From the NCBI GenBank assembly GCA_054600435.1, contig BAAIJX010000040.1, forward strand, positions 1 through 64,000: a DNA stretch of 64,000 nt, read 5' to 3'. Shown here in pieces: positions 23,272-36,229 of this stretch. Origin of the DNA: Neophaeotheca triangularis (lineage: Eukaryota). Position 1 is the first letter of the stretch. The number at the start of each line of letters is the position of its first letter. The translations under genes were made by a program, and so were the position numbers. The notes below the pieces were generated by a model that was given only the letters and a program-made list of their open reading frames with translations, was not told the DNA's origin and did no database searches.

Positions 23272-24948
23272 ATGCCTGGAGTTACCGCTGCCAACGGAGC
23301 TGGAGCTAAGAGGAAGCGCCCAAACGGCGACGTCGCCAACACGAACGGCACGAAGCCAAGGAAAGCGCCCAAATCGACTAAAGACGAGGACTCTCAGGCC
23401 GAAATATTGCTGCTGGAGGAACAGATTCTCGAGTCCAGACAACATTACAACAACATTGTAGAGCTGCAAAAGAGGGTGGACAGTGTCGATGGGAATACAA
23501 AGTCTGCATTCCTAGCCGCGGTAGCTCTTTGCCGCGTCTTTAGCCGTCTGATTGCGAGTGAAAAGATCATTAAGCGCAAAAATGCATCCCCGGCGGACGA
23601 GCAAGTGGTCGCATGGTTGAAAGATTGCTTGTCACGATACACGGGCAGCCTAGCTCTCTGGATTGGTAGTGAGGACGCTTCGAGGGAGAGCACAGCTTTG
23701 ACACTATTGATGAGGGTGGTCAAGGAAGAGGTGTCGCAAGAGGGGCTCCGAGGGGAGCAAGCATGGCGCACTGGAGTTTTCCAGACATTGCTGGAAACTC
23801 TGATCTTGACCGATGATGCCGAGGCCGCGAGGCAAGAATTTGTAGACAAATATGTGGAGGAGCACGATGATGTGCGATTCTACACGTACATTGCGGTCAA
23901 GGGCGCTTTGACAAGAGGTGATAGCATGACGGAAAGTCAAGCGGGCAATGCTCTCGACGTCCTCGCTCAAATCGAAGGCGTCCCCGACGCCGAAGACCAA
24001 CTAGAAGACTGGTACGGCCAGGAGCCAGCGGCGAAGAAGCACCAACTCAAAAGCCTCAACGCCCACCGCAAAGCAGCGCAGGAAGCTTGGCTTGCGCTCT
24101 TCCGCCAACCCCTGACCACAGCCCACCGCAAACGAATCCTTAACATCACCACCTCACACCTCCTCCCCTGGTTTCCCTCCAATACGGAAAAACTCACCGA
24201 CTTCCTTACCGACTCCTTCAACGCCGGCGGCAGCACTTCCCTCCTCGCCCTCTCGGGCATCTTTCACCTCATAACCGCCAAAAACCTCGACTACCCCGAC
24301 TTCTACCCCAAGCTCTACTCCCTACTCGACGCCAACACAATGCACAGCAAACACCGCTCGCGCTTCTTCCGCCTCCTCACCCTCTCCCTATCCTCCACCC
24401 ACCTCCCCGCAATCCTCATTGCCAGCTTCCTCAAACGCCTCGCGCGCCTCGCCCTCGTCGCACCACCCGGCGCCATCGTCTTCACCATCCCTCTAACCTA
24501 CAATCTCCTCAAAACCCACCCCGCCTGCACTTTCATGCTCCACCGCCCCCCTCACCCCGCCCACTCCGTCTACGCCACCAACCCAGAATGGGCAACAACC
24601 GGCGTCAGCGACCCGTTCAACCCCCTCGAGCCGGACCCAATGCGCACCAACGCCATCGAAAGCAGCTTATGGGAGCTCGTGAGTTTGCAACGCCACTACC
24701 ACCCCAACGTCGCGACGCTGGCGAGGATTGTATCGGAGCAGTTTACCAAGCGCGAGTACTCTTTGGAGGACTTCTTGGACCATGGGTACGCGGGGTTGGT
24801 GGAGGGGGAGTTGGGGAGGGAGTTGAAGAAAGCGCCGGTTGTGGAGTGGGAGATTCCGAAGAGGATTGTTAGTGCTGACGGGGAGGGGGAGAGAGGGGGC
24901 TTGAATGAGATGGGGAGGTTGTTGGAGGGGGCTTTGGGGGAGTTGTGA
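23272..24948 (+). CDS. NOC4: Nucleolar complex protein 4 (CBF/Mak21 domain)
   Basis: NLDYPDFYPKLYSLL, KHRSRFFRLL, SSTHLPA, ASFLKRLARLAL, AIESSLWEL and HYHPNVATLA motifs. First ATG at 23272. Confidence 0.93.
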   Translation: MPGVTAANGAGAKRKRPNGDVANTNGTKPRKAPKSTKDEDSQAEILLLEEQILESRQHYNNIVELQKRVDSVDGNTKSAFLAAVALCRVFSRLIASEKIIKRKNASPADEQVVAWLKDCLSRYTGSLALWIGSEDASRESTALTLLMRVVKEEVSQEGLRGEQAWRTGVFQTLLETLILTDDAEAARQEFVDKYVEEHDDVRFYTYIAVKGALTRGDSMTESQAGNALDVLAQIEGVPDAEDQLEDWYGQEPAAKKHQLKSLNAHRKAAQEAWLALFRQPLTTAHRKRILNITTSHLLPWFPSNTEKLTDFLTDSFNAGGSTSLLALSGIFHLITAKNLDYPDFYPKLYSLLDANTMHSKHRSRFFRLLTLSLSSTHLPAILIASFLKRLARLALVAPPGAIVFTIPLTYNLLKTHPACTFMLHRPPHPAHSVYATNPEWATTGVSDPFNPLEPDPMRTNAIESSLWELVSLQRHYHPNVATLARIVSEQFTKREYSLEDFLDHGYAGLVEGELGRELKKAPVVEWEIPKRIVSADGEGERGGLNEMGRLLEGALGEL

Positions 24949-25329
24949 GGGGTACGGTGTAGTCTGTAGTGTTTTGGTAGGAGTGTCTCCAGCTTTTGTG
25001 CCCTTGACCGCGGTTCTGCGATGCGCGCGTTGATGTGCAGACGTGGAGCCAGAAGCCGAAGCTCTTGGGAGGTGAAGATAGGGCTGTGGAAGCGCTGTTG
25101 TGGCCGATACGAGGCAGCTAGTTGATACGACCAAAATCTTAACGTTACGACGGAAGAATTCATCGTCTTCTCGACGAGCGAAAATATCGTCTGAGCACAA
25201 TGCTTAGGACTCCCCGTTCCCGCCATACGCAGCACATACCCATGCTCCGAACTCGGTGCCTGCTCCCATCCAGAAAGTGACTGCTCATCACCTTATCCTC
25301 TATCCAGCCAACTCCTTCTACTGAACAAC

Positions 25330-27135
25330 TCAACTCCCGCCCGCCGGCCCAGCATCCTCATCCTCCTCTTCTTCAGGAAAAGGCAAACCAAAACTAACAC
25401 ACTTAACTCTCAACTGCTCCCTCAAGCCCGTCCAAAGCTGCCGCTTCCGCTGAATCAACATGCGATTCGTCTGCTCGCGCCACACACGCCGCGCCTCGGC
25501 AACCTCTTCGCGCAGATCCGCGACTTCGGCTTCCTGTTGCGCGCGCTGCAAGTTCGCGGCTTGCTGTTCCTCATCCAGTTCGTCTGGGCCGTCCGAGTCG
25601 TCGCTGTCTGAAGAGTATGAGATGTCGGATTCGTTGTCTTCCGGGGAGGCGGCGGCCGCGGGGGAAGCGGCAGCCGGGGTGGAGGCGGTGGGTGTTTCGA
25701 CCAAGTCGGAATTTAGGATGTTGGCGTTGTTGTTGGGGATCGAGGTGGCTCGCGTGAGGATGGGGTTTTGTGCGGCGTCGGCGGCGTTCATGGGGACTGG
25801 CTGGGGAGAGTTCGTTGTTGTTGTTGGTGGCTCGGTGTCTGCTGCGGTTGCGGCTGGAACGGAGGCGGCTGGAGGGGCGTCGTCGTCGCTGTCGAAGGCG
25901 TTTGCCATGTCCTCTTCGAGGTTTACGTGCACGTCGTCCTCTTCCTCTTGTTCTTCTTCGTACTCTTCGCCTGGCGCGTCCGCTTCGTCGTCGTATTCGG
26001 CTTCTGGTTCGGCTTCGAATTCGTCCTTGATCTGGTCGTTGACGGTAGGTGCTCTCAAATCAACCATTTCGGCTTGGACTTCGCCTTCGGCGAGTATGGC
26101 TTCCTCGTCGTCTTTGAGCAGCCTCTCCACCTCATCCTCAATAGCTTCCGTCTGGCGATGTACTACTCTCTTCCTAAACCTCCTCTTTCGCACATTGTGG
26201 AAAGGCGGTGCTATGCCGTGTGCGTATTTCATAGTTGTCGGGTCCACATCGTGCGGCAACGGCATGTTTCTTGCTTCTTCTTCATCTTTGCACCGTCCAA
26301 GCACCAGCAGCATCTGACAAATATCGACTGCCTTCCACCAACCCTTCTTATCCCAACTCTTCATGCTCTCGATCACGCACGGCAAATCCACAAGCACAGC
26401 CGCATACTTGCGATCACGCTGAATAGTTACCATTCCCCTCCTATGATCCTTGTCTAAGAAGCAAATGCGCACGTCCGTCCCGTCTTCTGAAGTTGGCAGA
26501 CCGATCTTCTTCTCCTCTATAGCTTTGCGGACCAAGTCGCAATCCTCACCGGGCGTCATGCGCAGTATAAAAGCCTGCTCAATCATAGGATCACGCTCCA
26601 CATCGCTGTCCTCGGAATCGTATCCCACAGCCTTTGGGCGTGGTGGAGGCTCCTTCTTCACATTGATCGTCACCCGCTTGGGCGGCGCTGGAGGGCGTTT
26701 TTTGAGGTTGAGTTTGGCGGAGGCAGGTGCGGGCGCTGACGGTACGGCGGGCTGAGCGAGCTCATCTTGCTCTTCCACCTTGTTCTCCTTCGTCTTCGGG
26801 CCTTTGAGTTTGAAAGAAGACTTGCGTTCTGGTGCTTCGTCGCCGTTTAAGCGCTTTGCTGCGGGTGAAATATCTTCCTCGGCTTGCCGTTTCTTGCCAG
26901 TGGGCTTGGTTGCAGTGTCTTTGGGCTTTACGATCTTCTTCTTGTTACCGGCTGATGCTGATGATTGTTGTTCTCTAGAGGGAGTGGGTTCTTTGGAGCT
27001 TGCGCCGAGCTTCAGCTTGAAGCCTGGAGCTTTCGGTGTTGGTTCGGTTGCTGACTGTGGAGGGGGTGGTGAAGCTGCCGCTCCATTTGGTTGTCCATCA
27101 CCACCCGGAGCCTTGACTTTTATCTTGAGCGGCAT
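25330..27135 (-). CDS. TAF7: TFIID subunit TAF7 (TAFII55 N-terminal domain)
   Basis: IEQAFILRM, YAAVLVDLPCVIESMKSWD, KAVDICQMLLV and HGIAPPFHNVRKRRFRKR; acidic region and C-terminal coiled coil. Confidence 0.93.
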   Translation of the reverse strand: MPLKIKVKAPGGDGQPNGAAASPPPPQSATEPTPKAPGFKLKLGASSKEPTPSREQQSSASAGNKKKIVKPKDTATKPTGKKRQAEEDISPAAKRLNGDEAPERKSSFKLKGPKTKENKVEEQDELAQPAVPSAPAPASAKLNLKKRPPAPPKRVTINVKKEPPPRPKAVGYDSEDSDVERDPMIEQAFILRMTPGEDCDLVRKAIEEKKIGLPTSEDGTDVRICFLDKDHRRGMVTIQRDRKYAAVLVDLPCVIESMKSWDKKGWWKAVDICQMLLVLGRCKDEEEARNMPLPHDVDPTTMKYAHGIAPPFHNVRKRRFRKRVVHRQTEAIEDEVERLLKDDEEAILAEGEVQAEMVDLRAPTVNDQIKDEFEAEPEAEYDDEADAPGEEYEEEQEEEDDVHVNLEEDMANAFDSDDDAPPAASVPAATAADTEPPTTTTNSPQPVPMNAADAAQNPILTRATSIPNNNANILNSDLVETPTASTPAAASPAAAASPEDNESDISYSSDSDDSDGPDELDEEQQAANLQRAQQEAEVADLREEVAEARRVWREQTNRMLIQRKRQLWTGLREQLRVKCVSFGLPFPEEEEDEDAGPAGGS

Positions 27136-27757
27136 TGTGAGGTCGGTGATGGCGTGGGAGTGTTGGGAAAGGCGTAGATCAAACGGCCTTCGTGGAGTGT
27201 AGACGAGACATCGATATGTTACTGGAGCTGAACGAAATCGTGAGGGTTCGCACTAAAAGAACAGAAAAGAGACTATGAGATCGAAAGCAAGTAAGGTGAG
27301 GTGCTACAAGAGCGCATGTGAAGGTGAACACGAGTGAAGTTGCTTATCGTTCTTACCTACCTGCTTTATCTTGCTGACTAATCAACCATTAAGGTAGGTA
27401 GCCTTGAGACGATTCCTTGGAAGGCTTCTTACGAAGAAGACATACATTCATTCCACTATAAGACAAGCTTCAACAGTGAGAGATCTGCATCGGAAATCGT
27501 GTTTTCGCGGATGTACACGCTTTGAAACAGCCTCAAGAGGGACCAACCTGCCCTGACACGTCGAGAAAGGCCCGCCATTCAACAATGCAAGTTCATGAAG
27601 CATATCTGAAGAAATGTAACAATGTGCTCAACAACATGCCAGAAGGACCTGGAGCGGAGATGTCGTACATTGAGCTACCAAAGCCACCGCGTCGACTGCT
27701 AGGATCATGGGTATCACGAAACTCTCAGGCCAGCTTAGCCCGGTGCCCTCAAAATCC

Positions 27758-29791
27758 TCACACAATAGGATTCCGCTTCTGATCCTCGACCCTCTCAACA
27801 GCCGTCTCCTTCTCCTTGATAGTATCGTCAACCGGCGCAGCTTCGACGGCATCCACCTCGCCGAAGATCTTATCCATACGCTCCAAACTAACGCCCTTAG
27901 TCTCAGGGAGGATAAGGATAACAGCGACCAGTGCGACAAAATTGAGCGCGAAAATCAGCCAGTAGGATAGTCCACCAACTTGGTCGTTGAATTCCGGCCA
28001 CGGGTGCGAGATGGCGATTAGGAAGATGCTCTGGCCAAGCATGGAGATTCCGAAGGCTTTGTCGCGGACGTGCTGGGGAAAGATTTCGGTCGCGACGATG
28101 GCGGCGATGGGGCCGTTGGACCAGCAGTAGGTTAGGCCGACGATGAAGATCATGGCTACTTCTACGACGGCCGCGGCTGTGTTGTTGTTGTTGGGGAAGG
28201 AGGTGGTTAGGGCGGAAAGGATTAGGAGGGCTGTGGCTTGGATCGCAAATCCCCAGATCAAGAGCGTTCGACGGCCGTATTTACTATTGTAGAGGTTAGC
28301 GGAGGCGTCTCGATGGTGAGTATGGCTGGGTGTAGCCTGGTGACAGTCGCGCGGAAACGGTGGGGGGTGAACTTACTCCACCGTAAAAGTGTTGACGAGC
28401 ACGATCGCCAGCTGCAAAGACGCTTGGATGCCGTTGATTGCAAGGTTCTGTCTCCCCTGGTCCCATCCAAGCGATTCGTAAATGAGAGCGGCATACATCG
28501 TCAGGGCAGCGATACCACCGAACTGCTGTAGCGAGGCGGCGAAGAAACCGTAGCACAACCTTTTCCTCATGGCCTTGCTCTTGAACAGCCCCATATAACC
28601 CGGTTCATGCCTCTTTTGGAATTCGAACGCTGCCACCATTTCTTGGAATTCTACCTGCACGCGCTCGCTGTTTGCATCGTCTCTGCGGATCTTGGCGAGG
28701 TTCGTCAAGGCTCTCTCAGGATTGTCCGGATGCCGTTCGAGGAGATACCTGGGGCTGGAGGGTATTGGTCAGTCACTGGCGTACCATAAACGTCACTTGA
28801 ATAAACTTACCTTTCTAGGTACCAGAACGACGCGATGATGAAGCCCAATCCGATTGGTATTTGGATGAAGTTGGAGATGCGCCACGCAATATTGTAGGGC
28901 TCCCGGTACGTGTCTAGACAAGTCAGTCGAAGGATGTATATGGTGAGTGGAGGGATGAATCATACTCATTCCATACCCACTCCAGAAGGCAATAAATCTA
29001 CGAAAAGGGTTGATTGTTAGCAGAGAAGCTCGACTGAGCGATGGTGCACACCCGACTTACGTTCCAAGCTGATATCCAAACTGACTGACCGTCCCAACGA
29101 AGCTACCCCGGAGAGTGCGAGGCGCGCATTCGGCTACCCAGAGATTGGTCGCGATGTAGGTGGCTCCGAATCCAAGACCACTGATCAATCGGCCGACAAT
29201 GAGGACGGCGAAGGTGTTGGGAACGATTTGAACGACGCTGCATCGTTGTCAGCAAATAGCGATCGAAACGCAGGGAAGAATACAACCTACGTCCCGACAA
29301 TGTTGCACGCGATGGCCAAGCGTACAGCCCACAGTCGCCCAACCCAAGCAGCAAGCGCACCACCAACCTGTTATAAGATGTATGGTCAATCTCGGTACGT
29401 CTGGAACTAGCGAAGCTCTGGCTCGGCCTCGAAGTCTTCACAATGTTCTCACTTACCCATATTTGAGCGACTGCCGTCGTCGCCCACGGGATAATGGAGA
29501 ACAGGCCTTGTAGGTTGGGAGTGAGACTATAGTATCTGCAAATGTTAGTCGGGATGCGAGGGAGAGACCACGATCCTTTCGCACTCATTGAAGTGTTCAT
29601 CTGCAAGGATGACCGTCACGATACCAGCGTCGTAACCCTGCGTTTGTCAGTCAACCTGGTCCTGGAATCGGTCTCGTAATTGAGCAACTTACGTTGAAGC
29701 ACAGTGCAAAGCACATACCAACCATGAGAAGCGCCGCATAGCGGTCCTCCTTGGGAAGGTAGTGTTTAAGATAATCGATATACCCGGCCAT
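27758..29791 (-). CDS. MFS sugar-porter family transporter (about 9 exons, 8 short introns)
   Basis: ATG at 29791 gives MAGYIDYLKHYLPKEDRYAALLMVGMCFALCFN|GYDAG. Later motifs: ECAPRTLRG, WR, ESPRYL, LQQFGG, YGRR, TEIFPQHVRDK, PETKGVSLERMD. Substrate unknown; internal exon borders read by eye. Confidence 0.88.
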
Positions 29792-31238
29792 GGCGTCGCA
29801 AAGTATTTCCCTGTCAGTAATTGCAAGGGGAGAGGTCCTAAAGGAGCGCTCAAGTTCGAAAGCGTTGGAGATATGTTGCTATTATATCCTGCAACTTTCG
29901 GATGTCGGACCAATCAACCCTACTATTCGGAGACGAACACCATCGGTATTCCTACGCGGCGGCGGTACTGTAGGAATGATTGCCAGTCATTGGTTTGTCG
30001 CAAGCCTCTGACCCTCATGTGCGTCCGTGGAAGTGGCCTTGTTGTGACAAGCATCAAGCCCCCATCGCGGCTACCGGTGGATAGCCCGATGGGGAGAAGA
30101 TCCGCTCAAGTAATTGTCCTTGCATCGCCAGCGGCAACACGAGATCTGGTGGTAAATGTCAAGCCACTCCTCCGGAAGGGACTTGGTTAGTACTGTATGT
30201 AGCGAGGACATGCACGGCTATGCTGGTTGGCAGTCTCTGCTACTCGCAAAGACATGAAAGGTCGAACCGCCGACCACTGCCACTGCCACGCCATGTCTAC
30301 AAATGGCCAAGGTGCCTTGCCCATAGTACCCGGCTTTTTCACCTAACAAAGGTACCATATGCAATGCTTCGGTCGAAACTGCGCTCACCCTTCGGGGATC
30401 CCACCGGAGGATGGAGATATCGAGTACCTAAGGTAGATACCGGTACATACTGTCGGCGGTCCTTCCCATCTCCATCCAACCCCACTCGGTCGTCATGATT
30501 CCCCGTGGCATTCGCGTGGAGCGCAGTTACAACAGAGCAACTCTTGGCACTTGGCAGGGCTTGCAAATGGTACATACTATATCGACTCGGTCGACTGCCT
30601 ATGGCAGAGGGATACTCTTCAACACGCATCCGCGACGACCTAGCGAAGACGAGAATACCTCGAGAGAACGAACTCCTGCACCAACTATGCCGCGTTGGAC
30701 CAGCCTGCCTGCTTGGTTTCACTGCTTCCCTGCCGGGCGACTTTGCAACTGGTATGATAGCAGCGTGTTTTAAAGATTTGCTGGCGTTGTGTAACAATAC
30801 CACTCGACAAGCGTGGCGTCCTAGTGGCAAGCATTAACTGAGCATGGCGGGATGAGCGAGTGTCAAGTCATCGATATTCTAAGGTAGCTTGGACACACTA
30901 TCCCAAGTTCACCACAAGAGTTGTGGAAGACTTGGTCGTCATTTTCTTTTTCAAGGAGAAGCAAAATCCAGACCGAGAACGAAAAGAGGGCTCATTTGAA
31001 TACAACGCAGTTTCCTACTGTACACCTAGTGATTGAGGTCTACCCGGACGAGCAACGAAGAGGTCACTATCTGTACCTTAGTGGAGGGTAGAGTGGACAG
31101 CAGATACCTAACGCATCTACTTTGTGATGAGCGGCCTCGATTGGACCGGACACATGATAGACGGACGACCAAGAAGACGACTATCTCCTTGACATTACTG
31201 TCTACTACGCCTCTGCATCTTCGTGGGATGACCAAGAT

Positions 31239-31272
31239 GAGGTGTGAGGTGTTAGGTGTTAGGTGTGAGGTG
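31239..31272. repeat. Heptamer tandem repeat (AGGTGTK), about 5 copies
   Basis: gaggtgtgaggtgttaggtgttaggtgtgaggtg, read directly. Confidence 0.8.
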
Positions 31273-32015
31273 CTCGAGTCCTTGAACCTCAATGCTCAGC
31301 CTCAGCTGCGCCCCCAGCCCTGCATTGACGACCAGCTCGCTTCACCGTACATCGCGCTTACATCTCCTCTTGCAAAACACGACTTATCTGCATGAACAGG
31401 CGGTCTTCAATCACTCATGAACTGCAAAGGGTGACAGGTAGCTACATTATCTGGAGGATGAGCCACCGTCACCCTTGCCAGCTTACAGACATGAAGCCTC
31501 TAACATATCAGACACGAGGTATTATAATATGCATCGACCGCTTAATTTTCTCGTTCCTCTCGGCTCTGCTTTTCTTCCACATTGCCAACCCAAGACTGCC
31601 ATTGTATGCGTTACATACGAAGCCTACATATTCGTTCAGGCTGACCACACATCGCTGTACATTGCTTTTGCTGCAGTGTGATATCTCGCGGCCGATTGAA
31701 TGCTAGGTCGATACGCGATTGTTTCACCCCCTGTCTAAGATCATTCCTAGAGCTTTGAGACACCAACGATTTCTACCAGCATCCAAAATCTCCGCTGCGA
31801 ACACCTCCCATTGATTGTACCAAGGCAATGGGATACGATGTCATGAGAAGTTGGCACCAAAACGGCTTCAACTGGGAGAAGAACAGAAGCGCAACGTGGG
31901 CTGTACACCTCGTATTCCGCATAGGCCTTAACTAACCGTCGACAGGGACGACCAGTGGTCCAGGAATGGACTCGGCAAACAGAACCAACCGTTACCGGCA
32001 CCATTGACTACAGTA

Positions 32016-33047
32016 ATGTCAAGATGGAGCCTCAGCCCCTCAAACTCACCCTCATCTACATCCGCCCACGGATCCCAATCCCCATTGACGAATCGGCCTT
32101 GCTCTCCAGCCTTTGAGCTGCATACCACAGTGCAATCTCCAATGTCTACGAATCCACGAGAAAACCTACCGAGGCCTCAGACCCTCAGAAACCTATACGC
32201 AACACCGGTACATCCGAACGAGCAATCTACAGCACCTTCCAGCCTCCAAATGACCCCATCCCGACCGCAAACCCCAGTCAGCCCCAAAACGATGCCGATC
32301 TCACTACGCGAAAAGTCCGCTCTAGCAAGCAGCCTGCACCACGCCGCCCTGGCCGGCGACATCCCGCACATCACGCTTCTACTCTCACTCGGCGCAGAAC
32401 CCAACAGCACCACCCCAGTCCCAGGTCTCTTCGACATCTTCAAACCACCCAAACCCGGCTGGCTAACACCACTAGCCGCAGCCGCCAGTAACCACCAGTT
32501 CCCCACCGTGCGCTTCCTGCTCTCCTGCGGCGCAGACCTGAATCCACCCCTCGCTAGCAGCGCCATAAGCCCACTCCACGCCGCCGTCCGCTCCAACAAC
32601 TACCCTCTAACCTCCTACTTACTCATGCAGGGCGCTGACCTCAACGCCCGAAACGCTTACAACACCACGCCCCTCATGTACGCCGCCGAACGCGGTTCCC
32701 CGCAACTACTCGCGCTGCTCCTCTCGCCCCCATACCTACAGCGTCTCGACTTCGCCGCAATCTCCTGGATCGGCACCAATGTCACCCACTGGGCCGTGGC
32801 ACGCGGTGATCCGCAAATTTTGACGATGCTGCTAAGAGCCGGCGCGGACGTGGATGCGCGTATGCCGGACGGCGCGACGGGGTTGCATTTCGCGGTTTCG
32901 TGGGGTTTTGAGGAGATTACGAGGGTGCTGGTGGGTTTCGGGGCGAATTTGGGGAAGAGAGATGGAGAGGGGAGGGTGCCGGGGGAGATTGCTGGGTCCG
33001 TTGGGCAAAAGGGGGTCGTGGGGATAAGGGGGTTTGTTCCGAGATGA
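32016..33047 (+). CDS. Ankyrin-repeat protein
   Basis: Ser/Pro-rich N-terminus, then about six ankyrin repeats (LHHAA, TPLAAAA, SPLHAAV, TPLMYAA, THWAV, TGLHFAV with GAD/GAN linkers). Confidence 0.88.
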   Translation: MSRWSLSPSNSPSSTSAHGSQSPLTNRPCSPAFELHTTVQSPMSTNPRENLPRPQTLRNLYATPVHPNEQSTAPSSLQMTPSRPQTPVSPKTMPISLREKSALASSLHHAALAGDIPHITLLLSLGAEPNSTTPVPGLFDIFKPPKPGWLTPLAAAASNHQFPTVRFLLSCGADLNPPLASSAISPLHAAVRSNNYPLTSYLLMQGADLNARNAYNTTPLMYAAERGSPQLLALLLSPPYLQRLDFAAISWIGTNVTHWAVARGDPQILTMLLRAGADVDARMPDGATGLHFAVSWGFEEITRVLVGFGANLGKRDGEGRVPGEIAGSVGQKGVVGIRGFVPR

Positions 33048-34043
33048 GGATGGACGGGGTTGATGTTATGAGTTGTGTGTGGAAAGTATGGATTTTGCGG
33101 TTTGGCAATGGTGCTGGTGGCGTTCAGCGGGCGTTGAAAGGCCAAGAGAGTCTGGTGATGTTTGGGGACCTTTCTCTCAACGGGAATGGCTTCTTTTGGC
33201 GATGAAACTACCTTGGCATTTTTCGGCGCCTCAGCAAATTCGTTGCTACTCCCTTGCACCCGTATTAGCACGGAAGAGATTCACACTACTATGTAGACTC
33301 GGTGAGCTTAGTGACATGTGCAGTCAACTTGATACCGTTGTCTTTCAATCCTCACTGACCACGAGATTGATGGCTCATGATTGGCTCGCGGGCTTACACG
33401 CTAATCAAAGGACCGATTGTTGGATTCAGGCAAGACAACCTTACGTCAGTCGTCGTGTGTATCTACGTCGTTCTAGCTCTGCGATAAGAGCCCAATGCGC
33501 TCTCAATGTGTTGTTTGTAGGCGTGTTGTATTCCAATTAGGACTAAGAAGTGCGACTCGCCGAGAGGCGTGAGGTCCTAGCAAAGCCATAAGTCTTGGCG
33601 TAAATCGCGAAAGTGAAGCTCGGAACTTCCCAGTCGAGCTTCGAAGCCCAACACCTTCCACACCAACACCTCTAACCACAGTTACAGCTACATTTCAAGA
33701 TCTCGCCTTCTTCTCTCCCGGCAATAGCATTTGGTACTTCGACTCCGTGGTTTGCAGTCATGACATACCAAGCTAATGCAGCGCGAAGAGCGCATCTTGA
33801 CAGACTGAGGCGCAACAGGCGGCCTCACTTGGGGATTCGATTCACTTCCGGAGCGAGTCTGAGGAACACTTTGGTTGTTACTTGAATCGAGCGAAGACTT
33901 GCGACCTTTGTACTACCAAGTGCGAGCAAGTAACCAACCAACCAAGTCCCACCTTCGATCGACTTCACTACCTGCAACTTCTCGATCGCATTACCACTTC
34001 AGCGACTCCAAACAAACGCTCTCACTACAGTCATACCAACAAA

Positions 34044-35066
34044 ATGGCGCCAGACCGGCCCCCAACCAACCCGCAAACCCTCCACGCCTCGCTTCTGCGC
34101 CCCCCGCTACTCCAACTCCTCCGCAGCATCGGCTTCACCTCGACCAAACCCTCCGTCCTCGACACCCTCACAGACCTCACCCAGCGCTACCTCCTCTTAC
34201 TGGCGGAAACTACAGCAAAAAATGCCCTCGCGGCGCAAAATCTCGATACTCCCAGTTTGGGAGACGTGAGGATGGCGTTGCAAGAGTGCGGCGCGCTCAC
34301 GGGATTTGATGAAGGCGGCGCGGCACTGGAAGGGTGGCGGGAGGCGATGAGGGCGCCTTTGGGGGCGTTGGGCGAGGGGGACGAGGGCGTGTTCGGTGGG
34401 GAGGAGGCGCGGGAAGCGAGAGTCAGCGGGGTCAAGAGGAAGAGGGAGGAGAGGGATATTGGGGAGGTGAGGGAGTGGAAGAGGTGGTTCGAGGGCAACG
34501 CGAATCGCGAGTTTCGGAGGGTTGCCGGGACTTTGCCGGAGAGCGGGGCGGCTGTGGCTGGGGGTGGTGTTGGCGCTGTCGGGGTTGGGGGCGGGAGGGT
34601 GCAGGGGGAGGACTTCTTGCAAGGGTTGAAGAAGAAGAGTTTTGGGCCTGGGAAGTCTGGGGGCACGGGGATTGGAATGGGGTTGGTCGAGGCTGAGGGA
34701 AGGTTGGTGGGGACTGTGCTTGGGCAGCGGAGTAAGAGTGGGGATGATCAGGAGAAGGAGAATGAAAAGGTGGTCAAGGTTGAGGGCGGGCCGGTGGGTA
34801 GGCTCAGTGAGTGGAAGCCGAGGGTACAGGAGGTGGGACCTGGCTGGGGGAGGAGGGATGATGTTGGTGAGAATAGAGGGCACAGCAGGACGGGCTCCGA
34901 GTCTTCTGGAATGCTTTCAGAGGCGGGGAGTGCTACGCTTGAAGACATTGAAAACGAGCAACAGAGTGAAGGGGCGCGAGCTTGTGGGAAAGACACGGCT
35001 GCGACTCCCGAAAAGCGATCGACTTCTGCAGCCGAGTCACCTGAGAGGGCAGAATCAGAGTCCTGA
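34044..35066 (+). CDS. TAF3: Bromodomain-associated (BTP) histone-fold protein, TAF3-like
   Basis: LHASLLRPPLLQLLRSIGFTSTKPSVLDTLTDLTQRYLLLLA...DVRMALQECGAL histone fold at the N-terminus. First ATG at 34044. Confidence 0.78.
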   Translation: MAPDRPPTNPQTLHASLLRPPLLQLLRSIGFTSTKPSVLDTLTDLTQRYLLLLAETTAKNALAAQNLDTPSLGDVRMALQECGALTGFDEGGAALEGWREAMRAPLGALGEGDEGVFGGEEAREARVSGVKRKREERDIGEVREWKRWFEGNANREFRRVAGTLPESGAAVAGGGVGAVGVGGGRVQGEDFLQGLKKKSFGPGKSGGTGIGMGLVEAEGRLVGTVLGQRSKSGDDQEKENEKVVKVEGGPVGRLSEWKPRVQEVGPGWGRRDDVGENRGHSRTGSESSGMLSEAGSATLEDIENEQQSEGARACGKDTAATPEKRSTSAAESPERAESES

Positions 35067-35598
35067 GACTCGAGACCGTCACCAGTGGAATTCAGCTCGA
35101 ATTGAGCACGACCGGGCTCGGGCAGCAGTCCCAGGTTGGGTCAACTCGTCCTCTCACACAGCATGACGCGAAATCGTAGTCATCTACTTCGGCGTTAAAA
35201 TCCGTCGAACAAAACTCACAACGACGGACAGCAAGATGTCACGTCCAAGCGAGTGGGAAGAATCGTTTAGCGAAGGCGTTTTGGGAGTTTACCATCTATG
35301 CCGAATCATATCGAATGCGCCGACGACGCGACACTCGAGTTTCTTTCCTTTTCCTCCAAGAGACCATGATTCCCCGGCTCGCGAGCGCGCACATCACAGT
35401 GCAGACGCCTCTGCTCTAAGCCTATCACAACACGCCCTGCTCAGATCAGACCACCGAACACCGGGTTCCGCCAATCCACAGCCAGAGCAGCCCTGAAACC
35501 TGCGCCAGCCCGACCATACCCCTGGTCTCCCTTCAGGCCCAACGCGATCTAGCCACAGCCCGCCCAATTTGAGATCCGGCTCTGAGCTGCCTAAACCC

Positions 35599-36229
<631 letters not shown>

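Noticed and set aside
31239..31272. Interstitial telomere or CRISPR-like array
   Set aside because: The unit is a 7-mer (not TTAGGG), has about 5 copies and no spacers; it is a simple repeat.
33882..34043. N-terminal extensions from TTG/GTG starts in the ORF track (TAF3-like, CYP53, NOC4, JAC1, RPE1)
   Set aside because: Artefacts of bacterial-style start calling; the conserved proteins begin at downstream ATGs.
25330..35066. Clustering of two TFIID subunits (TAF7 and TAF3-like)
   Set aside because: Unrelated genes lie between them, no shared element is visible, and chance is a sufficient explanation.
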